A stretch of 62,076 nt of DNA, filler included, from an uncultured bacterium (GTDB taxonomy: Bacteria > Hinthialibacterota > Hinthialibacteria > Hinthialibacterales > Hinthialibacteraceae), in NCBI GenBank assembly GCA_964449065.1. It is 12 parts of 12 records of this genome, joined end to end, with 100 filler letters (N's around TTAATTAATTAA, not from the genome) between each part and the next. Parts side by side here need not be neighbours in the genome. Positions count along the whole stretch, not along the records: positions 57,156 to 62,076 come from CAYVAZ010000360.1; 11 more parts are not named here. The stretch is one strand, 5' to 3'. The notes under the pieces are model-generated. The model ran no database searches. It saw only the letters and a list, made by a program, of their open reading frames with translations, and was not told where the DNA came from. Position 1 is the first letter of the stretch. The number at the start of each line of letters is the position of its first letter. Shown one piece after another: positions 62,073 through 62,076 of the stretch. The position numbers and the translations under genes are program-made.

Positions 62073-62076
62073 CATC

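Overview
The window is not one locus. It is 12 unrelated ~5 kb contigs of a fragmented bacterial genome bin, joined by 100-bp N/TTAATTAATTAA/N linkers and ordered by decreasing length, so gene neighbourhood means something only within a contig. The pilin-like gene family suggests a Sumerlaeota/Hinthialibacterota(OLB16)-like lineage; this is inference only. Most contigs carry housekeeping genes: murB, adk, rph, uvrA, hemW, 2x lepB, coaX, pyrR-pyrB-pyrC', rluD, cysK, xerC, maf, nfi, dusB, dsbD, lnt and yacG. Three contigs are accessory. (i) 26277-31387: a half tRNA-Arg(CCT) with an adjacent IHF site, an IS3 remnant and an array of six toxin-antitoxin (TA) modules; the last three modules are bracketed by one direct-repeat family, and most toxins are inactivated. 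(ii) 41830-46867: a mobile/defence region with DUF932, IS66 and IS5 remnants, a solitary type I-E-like CRISPR repeat, a RelE-XRE TA pair and a PLD-like/SNF2 helicase. (iii) 53784-56570: a second TA cluster. Intergenic DNA holds many small repeats. These include two MITE-like terminal 'shells' that appear to exchange REP-like hairpin cargo, one of them with a visible filled-versus-empty site. Other points: a candidate dif site, a dihydroorotase lacking catalytic residues (PyrC'), and an unannotated 31-aa membrane peptide.
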